Positions 37,151 through 50,753 of a DNA stretch of 64,000 nucleotides are shown here, in pieces (position 1 is the first letter of the stretch; every line of letters starts with the position of its first letter). Made by a program: the position numbers and the translations under genes. The notes under the pieces were generated by a model. That model worked only from the letters and a program-made list of their open reading frames with translations. It did not search any database and was not told the origin of the DNA. The DNA lies in contig NC_087437.1 in NCBI RefSeq assembly GCF_036321535.1, positions 117,492,001-117,556,000 on the forward strand. The letters are read 5' to 3'. The DNA is from Camelus dromedarius. Taxonomy: Eukaryota.

Positions 37151-40100
37151 CCAAACTGCGCGTGGAGTTCTCTGAACAGGGTGAACCATGGATGCCAGTG
37201 CAGGAGAAAGAGGCGGAGGGCGGGAGTGGGGACCCTCCCACTGGCTGTCACCCCGTCTTCAGCAGAGGCTCCTGAGCTTTCCAGAATGCCTCATCTTGGC
37301 GGTGTCCACTGCACAGTGGGTCCCCAGGGAGAGAGCACGGGTCCCAGAGCTCACCCATGATAAGGATCACAACCTCCTTCCTGCTGAATGTGTAATTAGG
37401 GCAGCTTTGCAGCCTCAGCCCCGCCCCCGCCTCCCCATTCCATCAGTAGGCAGGCAATTGCAAGAACTCTGCAGTAGTTCCCTTAATGTTGATACAATCC
37501 CACAATGTGAGCAGCTCACACCTTTGCCTCCCTTTGCTGCCCATCAGATGCCTTCCAGTTCCCTCCACCTTTCTCCCTCTGGTCCTGGTCCCGCCTGCTC
37601 CCATCCCCCCACCCCCACCTCCTGTGCAGCCCCCATCCTCTGGCCACCCGCTGAGTGACCAGCTCTTTGGCTGATCTCCAAGTTTCCAGAAGCGTGGTCC
37701 TCGGAGAGCGGGAATTTGTCCTTTGGCTAAAACTTAAATCTGCGTAAAACATTTAATAAAGTTGAACAGAAGCTCCTTTCTGGGAGGAGAACTGGATCCC
37801 TTCTCCACCCCCTCCCCAGTGTCTCCCCAAGCTTTTCTTTAGCTGGATGAGTTACACGTGGCTTCTAGTTTTAATAACTCTCAGCGGCGATGGATTTCAG
37901 ATATTGTTGACGTACCCATGTAACTAATTACCCCGAGGGCTGAATAAATGGATTTTGTCAGACTTTCCTCCGACTTCAGGATTTACTTGATTCTGATGGG
38001 AAAACAGATCCTGATCCAGCTGTTAGGGCTTAGCTCCAGCTGCAGAAATTCCCAAGTTCACAGCTGCGTCTTGAGTCAGTGCAGGAGCTGGGCTGGGAGG
38101 AGAGGTTGCCAAAGAGCCAAGCGCTCCCCGGGGTGGCGCTGTTCTTGCGGGGCCTGCTGCCTTTGGTGGGGGCGCTTCGCCTGGAGCTGGCTCTACACTG
38201 GGCGACTTTACAGGGGCAAAATGTCTTCTTTCTCCCCTTTGACATTGCTTTTTAGGGGGAATGGCACGTGATTGAAAAGAGCAGCTCAAGTGTAGCGAGG
38301 AAAGTGAGGTCCAAATTTAGGGCAACGTGAGAGAATGGAGGTGGTTTGTGGGGGTGTCTGATTTGCATTTCAGTATTAAAGTGTGTCAGATGTGCCGGAA
38401 CAGTCTACGAGATGAGCTGGAAGACAATTTAGCAGGGATCAAAATGCAGGCTTAGGTGCATTCGCTGGATCAGAAATCCTAACCACCAAGGTGGAAGTTT
38501 ACAAAAGGCATTCTTGTCTCTCCCTGCTGGACTCCCTGCACAGAAGACGAAGAAAAAGAGCCTCCCTCTGTTTCAAACAGACCTAAACTGTTTGACAACA
38601 AGTCCCACCAACAATGACAGGCAACCCCGTTTTCTCATTCAGGCATCTGGTTTTAGGTTGCTTTTCAAAAGAACTTATTCAGAGGAGCTAGGAGCAACAT
38701 TTGAATGCACAGAGGCACACATTTGGAGAGTTGATTTGAAACATGACACACACCATCACCCTGTGTGTGTGTGGGCCTCCCCGCTGTGTAACGCGTCAGC
38801 TGACAGCCATTAATTAGACTTGAGGCCCTTTGGGGGCACGGTCCCCAAATGCTTGTGTATTGCTGCCACAGCCTCTCTTCTTGCTTCGGCTTGGATGGGA
38901 TGTTGCAACTCCGTGCCGGGCTTCTCGGCCTTTCTCCCATCCAGACATTGGCCACAACACAAGGACCACACCTGTCAGAGGCGTGGCTTGAATACACTGG
39001 GGGCATTTAAGGGCAAATCTTGAGACTCTCAGGGCTATCCTTCGCACAGAATCAGAAGCTACTTGCCTTACCATAAAATCTCTAAATGCAAGTGGAAAGC
39101 AGTGAACAGCATTATTCCGGACAGAGGTTGCCAGGGGAGGCTAATGCCACTTATGTCTTGTGATGAGGGCATGGAAAATAAATGATGTTTTCCCAAAAGG
39201 AGCCATTGATTTAAAAACCACATACGACGCTGGTTTAGGGCTTCACTTGTTAGCTGTCAGGGTGCCTCTTTGGTGAGACAAATAATAAGATGAAAAAGAT
39301 CTAAAATAAGAATTACACTAGTTCCTATGATGTAACAGTGAGCCAAAATGCCAATGAGGGGGTAAAGGTCCTCAAGGGACCGTGCAATTTAGACCCGTTA
39401 AGCACAGATTCTGAGGGTTACTGTGTAAGACGTAGATTTTTGCACCTGGCCCCAAAGGCTTAGCAAGATGAGGTCCAATGAAAATTCAATTTCTTATGTA
39501 ATTTTGACCTCCTTTGGGGTTGTACCTGCAGCCAGGAAGATCCAGAAAGATCCATACAGTTTTGCTGGATCACGTAATGGTAGATGCTCTCTCTACGCCG
39601 ACTGGGGACGTTAGGTCTTGAAAGACACCGATTACAACTTGGGGTCAAGGTTCAACATTTCCCAAGTGGGAGGAGGCCACAGTTCAGCCAGAAGCTGTGT
39701 TTGCCAGGCTGATGACTGCAGTGGATCGCTGTAAGGTTCATTTCCCCAATCCTGCATGTTACTAACGCATGCTGTGGGACTGAGAAGCCTCACTGCTCTT
39801 CTCTTTTGAATTCTAAGAATGCCAGAATGCAAGATGGCTTGTTTTTTTTCAGAAAGAAAAATTGAATAAATGACTCACAATTGATTTAACTGAAGATTTG
39901 GTGGAATAGTGTGACCAAGATGAGGCAAAGAGTGTGGCTTTTTGTCACGGAAAGTGCCTTGAATTTACGATGAACACGTTTTCTCTGCAGTATTTTTTTC
40001 AAATTCTAGTTTCTGCGCTCGGTGCTTTGTTGGGGGTGTTATAGGTGAAAGGCATTCATGGTTTGTCTGGGGTCCTTCTGTTCTTAGTCCACTGGGCACA

Positions 40101-40287
40101 CTGTACTGTTTGAACACCTGAGTAATATGAGCCCAAGCCTGGGGTTTTCCATTAATTTAGAATGACTTTCTAGAAAGGGCCTCATAATGAGGGAGAAGAA
40201 GGACTTTCGGGGGTGAATATCTGCAGGTTTGTATCGTATTTGACTAATACTTTCATAAAACAGCAATAAGGTGATGCTGTCAAAGTG

Positions 40288-40623
40288 TTACCTTAATCTG
40301 TCTGGGCTGCTGTAACCAAGGACCACAGACTGAGTGGCTTATAAACAATAGAAATTTATTGCTCACAATTCTGGAGGCTGGGAGTCGGAGATCAGGTACA
40401 GCACGGTCGGGTGAGGGCTCCCTTCTGAGGGGCAGAGGTCCTGCGTCCTCACGTGGTGGGAGGGGTGAGGGAGCTCTCTGGGGTCTCTTTTATAAAGACA
40501 CTAATCCCGTTCGTGAGGGCTCAGATCACCTCTCAGAGGCCCCGCCTCTTAATGCCATCACCTTCGAGTGTTGGGATTTCAGTGTGTGAATTTGGGGGGG
40601 ACACAAACATCCAGATCATAGCA
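40288..40623 (-). mobile_element. MaLR solo LTR (MLT1A-like)
   Basis: 'gggctgctgtaac..accacagactgagtggcttataaacaa.agaaatttattgctcac..ttctggaggctggg...gggggacacaaacat..agatcatagca'. Confidence 0.88.
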
Positions 40624-42387
40624 AGTATTACTGGCTACACTTTTTTTATTAGAACCACCTTACCTAGACTGTGAACATCCTGGCATCATCCACAGACTTG
40701 GCTCCTGGTTTGGCTCTTGGCAAATTTCAGTTACTGGATGAATTACGAGATTTCAGCGTGTAGACTTACCCGTTCATGTGACCAACGGACCAGCACCCTC
40801 TTTTCTAAATGTTGAGATTTGTGGTCCCGGTAGGTTTGGAGAGGAAAATTTCTCCCTTTTTTTCTTCACTCCAGGTTTGGAACCTGTGCTTGCCATTTAA
40901 ATCCTTTTACATTGGAAATGGGTGCATTGTTACACCTGCAAAATAAATGCTTTCATGGCAGGCAAAGAAAATGAGAATCTCAACAGAAAGAACGCGTGAC
41001 ATTTGGGAAAATGTCAAGGAAAATAGGGATCTGAAGGAGGGATGGAGAATTCTAATATCCTCCAGTTTGGGGTTGTTCGCTGAGACTATTTCACTTCAGA
41101 TAAATTCTGTGAAATTCAAACAAAGAGGGATGGTGGCCCCAGGGGCAGAGCCCATGAATACCTTGAAGAAAACAGCTGCTGTGTTGAAATAAAAAACCAA
41201 TTTGACTGGGGTTAGAGGAGAATAAGAAAGAGTCCAAGCTGATCTTTAGTAAGGTAGCTCCTCGTGCCCAACAATAGTCAGCCAAACCGTAAATTCTGGA
41301 AGATTGTTGAAGGCACAGTATATCTAGCATCCAGAAAACAAGTTGCATATTTAAATATTATAGTTAAATTGCCAATATTAATATTGATTAGAACAAATAT
41401 TTTAACTATGGTTGCATATTTAAATATTTCAGATTCACTTATATTTGAAATAGGAATATATGGCAATTCATATGCAAAAAAAGATCAACCCATATTTGTC
41501 CTCCTGGGAAGCTGGACACTGAACTGTGCGTCAGCGCCACTCTGCAGTGTAATGGGGTCTCTCTCACTTTCCTATTATCTCCAGGCACAAAGTATTTATT
41601 ATTCTTCCAATCTTTGCAATGAGATGAGGCATAAATAATGAATGGAGAAACGTTTTCCATTTGATTTGGTGCAGGCACCCTTTGGGTATGGATGTGAGAA
41701 TGTTTTATAGCCCGTCGTTTTGTGTCATGCGTCAAAAACACCCATCAGTGGCCCAAACCCATAAATCCAACATCTATTTCTGGGCTGTTTTACACGAACG
41801 ACTCAGCATGAGTTACACATTCCAGGCATCAGTCTGCTTGAATATTGTTTGTGCCTCGCAAATAGCCCTAAATTTATGCTTCAGAATCTCACTGAATTAC
41901 TTCTTGTGCCGTTTCTGAAAGGGAAATGCTTGGCCATATTTATAACATTGCCAGTGGAAAAATCAATCACCCACTAAATGCCATTATTTTATATTTTACT
42001 CTTAAACTGCCACCTGGTAAGGAAAAGGAAGACAAATTAGAATCATAAAGCAGGAAGGTAATCACCCACAAATTGAAAACTCCCCTGCGGGTTATCTAAG
42101 GGGAAGATGCCAAAAGGCGTGAGCCGGCGGAACTACTCAAACGGGGTCATCCTCTCACGATGGCGCTATTATGGAGAGCAGGGGTCCTTCTCTCTGGGGG
42201 GGTCTCTGCTTCCAGTTTGAGGACACTGGTGGACTTCGCCAAATTTAAGATTCTTACGTATATCATTGCCTTATTAAGTAGTGTCCACTTTCTCATGAGG
42301 GGCTGTTAGAAAAACATTAATTTATCTTCTTGAGCCTGGTAAAATGGCTAAGGTACCTAGGATTTTCTTTTCCACATTTCCCCATGC

Positions 42388-42573
42388 CTCTTTTTTTTTA
42401 ATTGAAATATAGTCAGTTCATAATGTTGTGTCAATTTCTGGTGTACAGCATAATGTTTCAGTCATCCATACACATACATATATTCGTTTTCATATTCTTT
42501 TTCATTATATGTTACTACAAATATTAAATATAGTTCTCTGTGCTATGCAGAAGAAACTTGTTGTGTAACTATT
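42388..42573 (-). mobile_element. Young L1 3' end
   Basis: 'aattgaaatatagtcagtt...tctggtgtacagcataatg'; 11-bp TSD tttccccatgc at 42377 and 42574. Confidence 0.88.
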
Positions 42574-43594
42574 TTTCCCCATGCTTGTTTGGTGTGCAAA
42601 AGAGTCCCTGAGGCCATGAATTAGTCAAATTGTGAGTCAGCTGGAGATCACTCATGGTGTTGGCCGCCTCACCTGGGAGGGTCAGAGGTCATCCGTAGGC
42701 ATGAGTGTTGACACAAACCTGCCCACATCCAAGGTGGCCAAGCGTGTTGAGCCCTGCTTTAAAAATCCTATCTCTTCATGTGTCTCAAAGCGCTAAAGAT
42801 GGAGATACAACAACAAAACTTCAAACCGTGACGCTGTAGGAACTCCTCCTGCAAACAATTCAAGGTGCTTTGAAAGGACTACGTTATCTCCCTTGTGGAT
42901 GCAAAAGGAGAGAAAGCGTCTATCCAAAGGGAGATTCTTTGACTTTTTACCATGAGCTGTCATTATTCTAATAATAACTATCCACAAGTATTTAAAAACT
43001 AACATTCAAAGCTTATCAACTTTTTGGGAACCATTGCCTCCGTCTTTCTGCAGATCCACGACAGAACAATGGCATAGTATCCACAGTGACCATCAGTATC
43101 AATCCTCAAAAAGTGTGGTCCTCAAAGTTTTTGATAGTGCACCCTCTCAGGAGGAAAATAAGAGCATGCATGCACAATACAGTTTTACTTACTTTAAAAT
43201 TGTGTATGTACATGCTAATGTGCTCATATATTAGGTGCAGTTCTAAAGTATACAAAAATAAACATTGAAAAGAATGAGAGAATGATGATATAAACTATAG
43301 ATACCTTGCTGATTGTGATGGCTTTACTAACCCAAGTCAAAATTTCAGGGCACCACATATACTCATGAGAGGTGATTGTTGATGGAAGAGCATGGAACTC
43401 TAGGATTCAAATAGTCTTGGTGACTTCATTTCTTTTTAAGCCGAATTTGTTGATCGTGGTTTTAAAGCTTGTATTGGTGCTTGTGTAGACATTCCAATAG
43501 TAGAAGGGTTATGTAGAGATTCCATCATTTCCTTGTTTCTTCAGCTGGGGGTATTCGTATTACTTTCAACCTGTGAAATTTTATGCAGGAATGT

Positions 43595-43925
43595 TTTAAT
43601 TCCTGTAAAAAACATCATAAAATGTATCACCTTATTCATTTTTAAGTGTATCATTCAGTAGTGTGGTTCACTTACTTTGTTGGAAACAGATCTTCAGAAC
43701 TTTTTCAATTGGCAAAACCGAAATTCTACCCAATGTACAACTCCCTTTTCCCCTCCGTCTATCCCCGCTAACCACCTGTCTGCTTTCTGTTTCTTTGAAT
43801 TTGACTACTCTAGGTATCTCATATAAGTGGAACTATACTATATTTGTCTTTTTGTGTGTGTGTGTGTGACTGGCTTGTTTTATTTAGCATCATGTCCTCA
43901 AGTTTCATCCATGTTGTAGCAGGTG
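43595..43925 (-). mobile_element. L1MB-like 3' fragment
   Basis: 'tttgactactctaggtatctcatataagtggaa...tttagcatcatgtcctcaagtttcatccatgttgtagca'. Confidence 0.85.
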
Positions 43926-44269
43926 ACCATGCAGGAATATTTTAAAGCCACTTACCTACTGCAGGGAGATTAGGTTGATTACAGGTAGATTGTATAAGCT
44001 ATAAATCCTCTTACCCGAGTGCAAGGACCCGCAGTGCAGCACATTGTGATACGCCAAGAACAAGTTAAGGGTGAGGGTGTTCTGGACAATCCTCCATCAT
44101 GGGAGTTCCACTCTTTCCTACCTACCAAATGATGGTGTCAATATCAATCCAGATATTGGCTGTTGATGAAATCTTATTTCTTTCTTATTGATCCTAAACT
44201 GATATAAATAGACATTCTAAAATTCTCTTTATCATGCATTGTTGTGAGAGTTGAGCACCTTATAACACC

Positions 44270-44358
44270 AGAAGTGTCATTCATACTGCAGTCGGTGTCA
44301 GTGGCGCCCCCTAGAGTTGTGCTGTGCACAGCCTGTGCAGCTGAACATGGTGGTCCTG
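44270..44358. mobile_element. MER91-like hAT-Tip100 remnant carrying a CTCF-like motif
   Basis: 'ggcgccccctagagttgtgctgtgcacagcctgtgcagctg..catggtggtcctg'. Confidence 0.55.
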
Positions 44359-44987
44359 TCCCTGCCTAGAGTGCAGCCGGCCTCCTTAAAGACTATTGAC
44401 CTAGAGAAAGACTGTCATTTCTATAGTCCTGCTTAGAATTCAGGGAATTCAAGGAGGCTCTGTTGTCATTTCATTCAAAATAGTCATTTTAAAATAGGGA
44501 ACTGAGTGCCAGAAGGCTAACTTTGTTCAGAATCACAGAGTTTCTTGAGGTAAAGCCAGGCCAGGTTTCGCTTACACATTTCCTGTCCCATTAAATTTCT
44601 CATTTTCTGTCATATCCTGGATATAGCCCAATTTCTTTTATACCTGCCCCAATTCCATTCAGGACTTGGACATGAAATATATTAAAAATAATATCGTCCT
44701 GGATTTTTTTTTTAAGTCTTGAGTTAAAAAAAAGAACAACTACAGAAATCTTGACAATGTTGGCGTTGCTACCCCTGTGCAGTATCTCATAAGATCTCTG
44801 TTGACAAAGTTTTCTTCTGCCTCTCCTGAGAGATTTCCCTTGACTTTGAATTTACACCAATGGCCTTCATTCCTTACCTTGCCCTCCTGTATTCTGTTTT
44901 AATAAGAGAAACCATCCTGAATCCCCAAAGTAAAACTCATAGAAAACATCTGCCCAGGAAAGGGTGGCCTTTTCTATGGTCAAAATC

Positions 44988-45460
44988 ATGACCAACCTCG
45001 GAGACACTGTGGATTCACTTCCACACCACCACAATAAGGCAAGTCACGTGATTTTTTGTTTTTGGTTTCCCAGTGTATGTAAAATTTATGTTTACACTGT
45101 ACTGTAGTCTCTTAAGTGTGCAATAGCGTTATGTCTAAAAGAAAGTACATACCTTAATGAAAAATATTTTATTGCTAAACAATGCTAACCATCATCTGAG
45201 CCTTCAGAAAGTCATAATCCTTTTGCTGTAGACACATAAAAGATCACTGATCACAAATAGAATGATAACATAACAAAAAGAACGATAATGAGAAAGTTTG
45301 AAATATCCTGGGAATTACCAGAATGTGACCCAGAAACACCAAGTGAGCAGATGCTGTTGGAAAAATGGAACCGCTAGACTTACTTTATGCAAGGTGGCTG
45401 CAGCCTTCAGTTTGAAAAAAATGCAGTATTCTCAAAGTGCAATAAAAAGAGGTATGTCTA
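44988..45460 (-). mobile_element. Internally deleted Tigger1-type (TcMar) DNA transposon
   Basis: Both Tigger1 ends: 'acctcggagacactgtgg.ttc..ttcca.accac.caataa' and 'agatcactgatcaca...gctgttggaaaaatgg...caataaaaagaggtatg'. Confidence 0.85.
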
Positions 45461-45944
45461 ATCGGTAATCACTGACCTTGTCTGTCACATTTCTTCCTGC
45501 CTTCTAGATTATGAAACTTGAGAAGACAGAGACTGTCTTCTACACCCTTTCATCTCCCCAGCATGTACCATTCAACCCACAGGGATGAAGAATCCGTTAT
45601 ATGTTGGATATTGTGCTGGGTGAATGGCCCTACCTCTCAAAGAGCTTATAGGCTAGCAGGGGAGGCAGAGTCACCTAAAATTAACTGGATGATGGGGTCC
45701 ATGCACAGTATAGGTCTACTCCCTATATAAACCAAGTGCCAGGGAAGTATTGGTTAACACCATTGTGATCAGGAAAGCCTTCCCAAAGGGTCAATGCTTA
45801 CAAAAGTAGGGGCTCAGTTATATACTGGTTGGAGAATAACCTTCATAACTAATGGTTAATCTTAAGTCATGTATTTTAGAACCACCTGTGAATTTAGCAA
45901 TCTTAAAGTCCAATGGATAAATACATGTCTATTAGGAAACTATT

Positions 45945-46298
45945 CAACCATCCCTCGGTATCTGAGAGGGACTGGTTCCAGGACCACCCTGTCCACAGAT
46001 GGACACCAATCCAAAGACGGTCAAGTCCCTTGTATAAAACGGCCAAGTACTTGCATAGAACCTACACACATCCTCCCATGTGCTGTAACTCACCTCTAGG
46101 TTACTTATAATACCTAATGTAATATAAATGCTGTTTAAATAGTTGTAAGTGAAATGCAACTGTTATGTAAAGAGTTGCTGGCATGCAGCAAATTCAAGTT
46201 TTGCTTTTTGGAACTTTCTAGAATTTTTTAAAATATGTTTAATCTGTGATTGGTTGAATCCCAGATCCAGAACCATCAGATATTGGGGGCTGACTAGT
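45945..46298. mobile_element. MER2-family DNA transposon (MER2B-like)
   Basis: 'ccctcggtatctg.g.gggactggttccaggacc...tcaagtcccttgtataaaa...ttacttataatacctaat...gcaaattcaagttttgctttttggaactt'. Confidence 0.85.
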
Positions 46299-49279
46299 TG
46301 ATATCTCCCTAGAGATATAAATTCCTTTAAACGTGTCGGACATTTCCCCATCCTTACCAATGAATAATTGGGTTCTACTGACTTAACATATCTTCCTTCA
46401 AAAGTGTTGAGTGAAAAAAAATCTATTCAGGACTTTGGCAGCGGATTACGTAAGGACGATCAATAAGACTTTTGGAATTGTGCCTATTGTGTTTTTTTAA
46501 AAGTTCCATGCTCTAACGGTGAGAGACACCGACGTGAATTTAGATGTGCCTGTAATCTAGCTTCTGTGAGGGTATTAGTGTTTGTCCACGGCGGAGTATC
46601 ACTGCACACCTGGTATCTCAGAGCCCCTGGCGGCTTCTTAACCATTATTACTATTTCCTTATCTCTCATGTTGGTTCCAGGCATGGGCTCATCCCTGTGT
46701 TTATAGCTCAGTTCTCACATACGCATAAATCCTGTCAAAGTATCGAGACAATGCAGCACCCCACCACAGATACCGTTCCTGGCGATGCTCTGTGCCTCGT
46801 CAATGTGGGCTATTTTCCTTCTTCTTGAAGATAGCGCCTTAAAACAGACGTGGCGGTTAGTCACTTTGTGCCCCTACCGAGTACCTCCTGCAAGTTCACT
46901 GTTATTTCTTCATGTAGATGTAACCTTTCCTGTCTTCCGAGCAGATACGTTTCACTTTGGGGGCACTGTTTCGTGAACTTCCATGTCATCGTTTATTCGC
47001 CGAGTTCTCGCTGAGTCTGATTTGGCTGAAGTACATGTGCGCGCTCCCCCACCGCCAAAGTTTGGAAGGGGATGTGGAATTCTCACATGACAGACATCTA
47101 AAGGCAGCGTAACAGAGCGGTCGGGCTATAGGCAGTGCCCCCAGGGACCCTTCCCCGGCTCCCATGTCCCTTCAGAACTACAACAAGGAGGCGTGACAGG
47201 GGCGGGAGTCGGAGACGACTCTGGGATCCTTTGCTCCTGTCCACCTCTGCCATCAGCCTCTCTTGAGGTGACGGCAGCTCGGGGTGGGGAACTCTCAGTG
47301 AACCCGCAACTGGGCGGCAGGGATAGGACCGGCGAGAAATAGAAATGAGGTGCTCCATGTTGGACATTATTAAGAATCTCATGAGCATAAGACCACGTGC
47401 GGGCCCCTCTAAGTGAGGGACCCTGTGTGCCTGCGTGGGTCACCCACCCACAAGGCTGGCCCTGGGAGGGCAGGGACAGGCAAGTGCTTGCTTTTTAGTG
47501 AAAAAAAAATGAAACAAAGCAAAAGAGAGAGAGACAGAGCTGATGAAACAGCATTCCAGTATCCCTTTGCAATGCCTGAAGTCTTTTATGTTTTTTTTCC
47601 CCTCTCTAAGCGGAAGTTTCTGGAATGGCTCAGGCCTGATTGTGGAAGCAGGTGGCTTGAGGGTCTCACCCACAAATCAGACGGTGTTTTCAGGCCAGCT
47701 TGGAGGATGACCACCCAGTGACACCCTTGAACAAGGAATGAAAGATGCTGGCTGACCCCACGTGGCTGTCGTGAGGATGGAATAATAAAACTAGTTCAAA
47801 AAGATGAGGAAAGCATGTATTTTGTGAAGACCACACAAATGCTAAACTCTAACCTCACTGAAAAGTTCCCCCAACTAGGATTCCAAATGTCTTTATTGAG
47901 TAAATGCTTTAAGTGGCCCGTTTTGTCCTGAGACTTTTCCTGTCCTTAAGCCTTCTGTCCTCACCCGTCTCTCCTTGCTTGTGTGATGTCAAGGGCACGG
48001 AGGACAAATGTGTCAGGCTTGTTCAATTATGAGACATTTTTGTGCTTGGGAAGCAAAAAGTTCTCACCGCAGGAAAAGCCGGGGTCAGCATGTGTAGGAA
48101 GGAAACAGCTGGGTGGTGTGAGTGTCTGTCATTTGAAACAGCCCTGTCCCTGTGAGGCAACCTATAACTAAATTATGGGTGGGTTTGTTCTCCAGCAAAT
48201 GAAGTTGTTCTGGATTTCGGAAGGATTTGCAAATAAAATTTGGAGCAAGTATCTGTCATGAAGGGGATAAAGGTGCTAGACTGAGCTGGTCAGAGGGGCT
48301 GGGTGGCTCCGGGTAGCAGTGGGAGGTGTGTCTTTTGTTTTAAATGGAGAGAATGCTAGAATTTTCACCTCCCCCGGGTGGGGGCAGCTGATCAAATGGC
48401 CCGGATAGCTTCTATCCTGGCTTCTAGTCTCTGTCATTTCACTTCTTGAGCTGTGACAGCTGATTTAGGACAAAGCCCTGCCCTCTCTCCCAAAAGTATA
48501 CAACCTCAGTCTTCTCCTGTGTTCTAAGGCTATTTTTGTTTTAGTTGAGTGGGGGCAAAAACCCTGGCTGCTTCTCTATTACCAAAAAAGAAAGCCTCTG
48601 GCTCCTGGCGCCTGGAGCCCACCCCCCCCCCCCCGCCCCTCGGAGAAGCATGTGGCACAGCGCCGGCAGCCAAGTCAACATCTGTGCTTTGTCTCGAGAA
48701 GTCATCGCGCGGGGACTGAGCTTTGTCCTTCGTAGGGGGAGTGTGTGTGCACGCAAGCGTCCATGGGGCTAGTTCGATGTGTGAAATAAATCCAGGGAGA
48801 GAGCTGTCTGCGTGGTCGCGGAGCCCTGTTCTAGCACCTTGCAGACCCCTGGGGCTTCCCAGGACGGCTGAGGCGGGTTAAATCGACTGTTGCCAGGGTG
48901 CACGGAGGTGGCTGCGTACTGACCCACGCACGCAGCCTTTTATTCAACCTCAGACGTGGGGAGGGTCTGCTGATTGGGTTAGGGCACCAACATTGTGGAA
49001 GGTGGTCCTTCCGGCATCCTTCCAGTTTCTTCCTTTGACCTTCAGCCTACCCTCCTCCCCCATCTTCTCTGTCTAGAAAAAAATAAAAGTAGTAACTTAT
49101 ACCAAGCAGAAACACATCCTCACTAGAAGCAAAGGCCCAGAAAACTTCACTGAAATCAATAGCTTACGAGCAAACAGGTAGAGGCTGCTTAATTTATGAA
49201 AAAAATGTTCATGCTAATATTTTGTCTTTGGAGTCTCATAATAGCCATGCGAAATGCATGCTTTATTTAATTGTACTTA

Positions 49280-49525
49280 TTTTTTACTGAAGTTTAGTCA
49301 ATGTACAATATTAGTTTTTCTTCTAATTGAAGAGCTGTCGATTTATAATGTTAGTTTCAAGTGCACAGCAAAGCGATTCAGTTACACATAGATATTTTTT
49401 CAGTTTCTTTTCCATTACAGCTCATTACAGGAAATTGAATACAGTTCCCTGTGCTGTACAGTAGGTCCTTGTTGTTTATTTTATATCTAGCAGGGTGTGC
49501 CTGTTAATCCCAAACTCCTAATTCT
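49280..49525 (-). mobile_element. Young L1 3' end
   Basis: 'ttagtttcaagtgcacagcaaagcgattcagtta...acagttccctgtgctgtacagtaggtccttgttg...cccaaactcctaatt'. Confidence 0.85.
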
Positions 49526-49774
49526 CCGTGAAAGGAAATTGAGCATGTGAAGTAGCCACGTGAAGTCACTCATTCAGGATCCTTCGGTCACTTCTGAGAG
49601 CCGGGCTTCATCCTTCTTCACACAGCTGAGCCTCCTGTGCTTCTGTTCCCTTAACTCACGACAAGTCGAATACGATGGGAAAGAAAGAGGGGCTGGTCTT
49701 TTCAAGCCTTTTACCATTACTTTGCAGCTTGACTTTTTTTAGGGACCGCATCCAGGCGATGTGACTCTTTTTGT

Positions 49775-49910
49775 CTCACTTAATTCTCACAACCTGATGA
49801 GGTAGGTGCATTGTCACTCCCATTTTATAGAAGCAGAAACTGAGGCTCAGAGAAGTTAAGTCAGGGTCACACAGCTGTTAAGTGACAGGGCTGGAGAGCC
49901 TGGACAGTCT
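49775..49910 (-). mobile_element. MIR
   Basis: 'aattctcacaacc..tgaggtagg...cccattttataga...gaaactgaggctcagagaagttaag...ggtcacacagct'. Confidence 0.85.
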
Positions 49911-50477
49911 GATACTAGGACATTTTTTTCATTCTTTTCTTTAAAAGTCAGGTTATTAAAGTATAGTTTATATATAGTAAAAATTACCCTTTTTAGTTGT
50001 ACAGTTGATGCATTTTGACACATTTACAGTCTTATAATTTAGATGTAGACTATCTTATCATCACCAAAATTTATTTTGTGTCCTTTTGGAGTCAGTCCTC
50101 TGGCCCCACCCTTACCCCCAGAACCCACATTGTTGCCCCATCAGACGTTAAAGAAAAGTAAACCCAATTGGTGATGCAATGCATTTACACTGTCTGGAGA
50201 ATGGCATGATCGCCCTGGGTTGCAAATAAGTTCAATCATATAGCGCAATCATTTCCAACTTTCCAGCTGAGAGCTGAAGTGGTGGAAATGTAAGAAAGTG
50301 GCCCAGGGAGTGGCGACAGTCCCTGAGCTCGTCCAGCACTCACGGAGCAAGCAGTCAGGCTGTGAAGCAGGGGAGCCTCAGCTTCTGCATGGCAGCCTCA
50401 GCCCGGTCTCTGCCTGGGTTTCCGTCCTGCTCCCTAAACTGACACTCAGCATCACCACCTGCTCCCTTTTTTCTGAG

Positions 50478-50753
50478 GGCTGTTGAGGCAGGATCTGCTC
50501 CCGGTCTCTGCCCTTGGCATATAGCTGACCATCTTCTCCCTGTGTCCCTTTGCCTTGTCCTCCCTCTGCGTGTGTCTGTATCCAAATTTCCCCTTTTTAT
50601 AAGGACACCAGCCTGCTGGATTAGGGGCCTGTCCTAATGACCTCACTTGAACTTGATTACCTCTGTAAGGACCCGATCTCCTAACAAGGCCACCTTCTGA
50701 GATACTGGGGGTCAGGACTCCAATCCCGAGGACACACAATTCAACAACTAACA
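50478..50753 (-). mobile_element. MaLR LTR fragment (MLT1B/C-like)
   Basis: 'ccaaatttcccctttttataaggacaccag...ggattagggg..ctaatgacctca..tgaacttgattacctctgtaa'. Confidence 0.85.
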
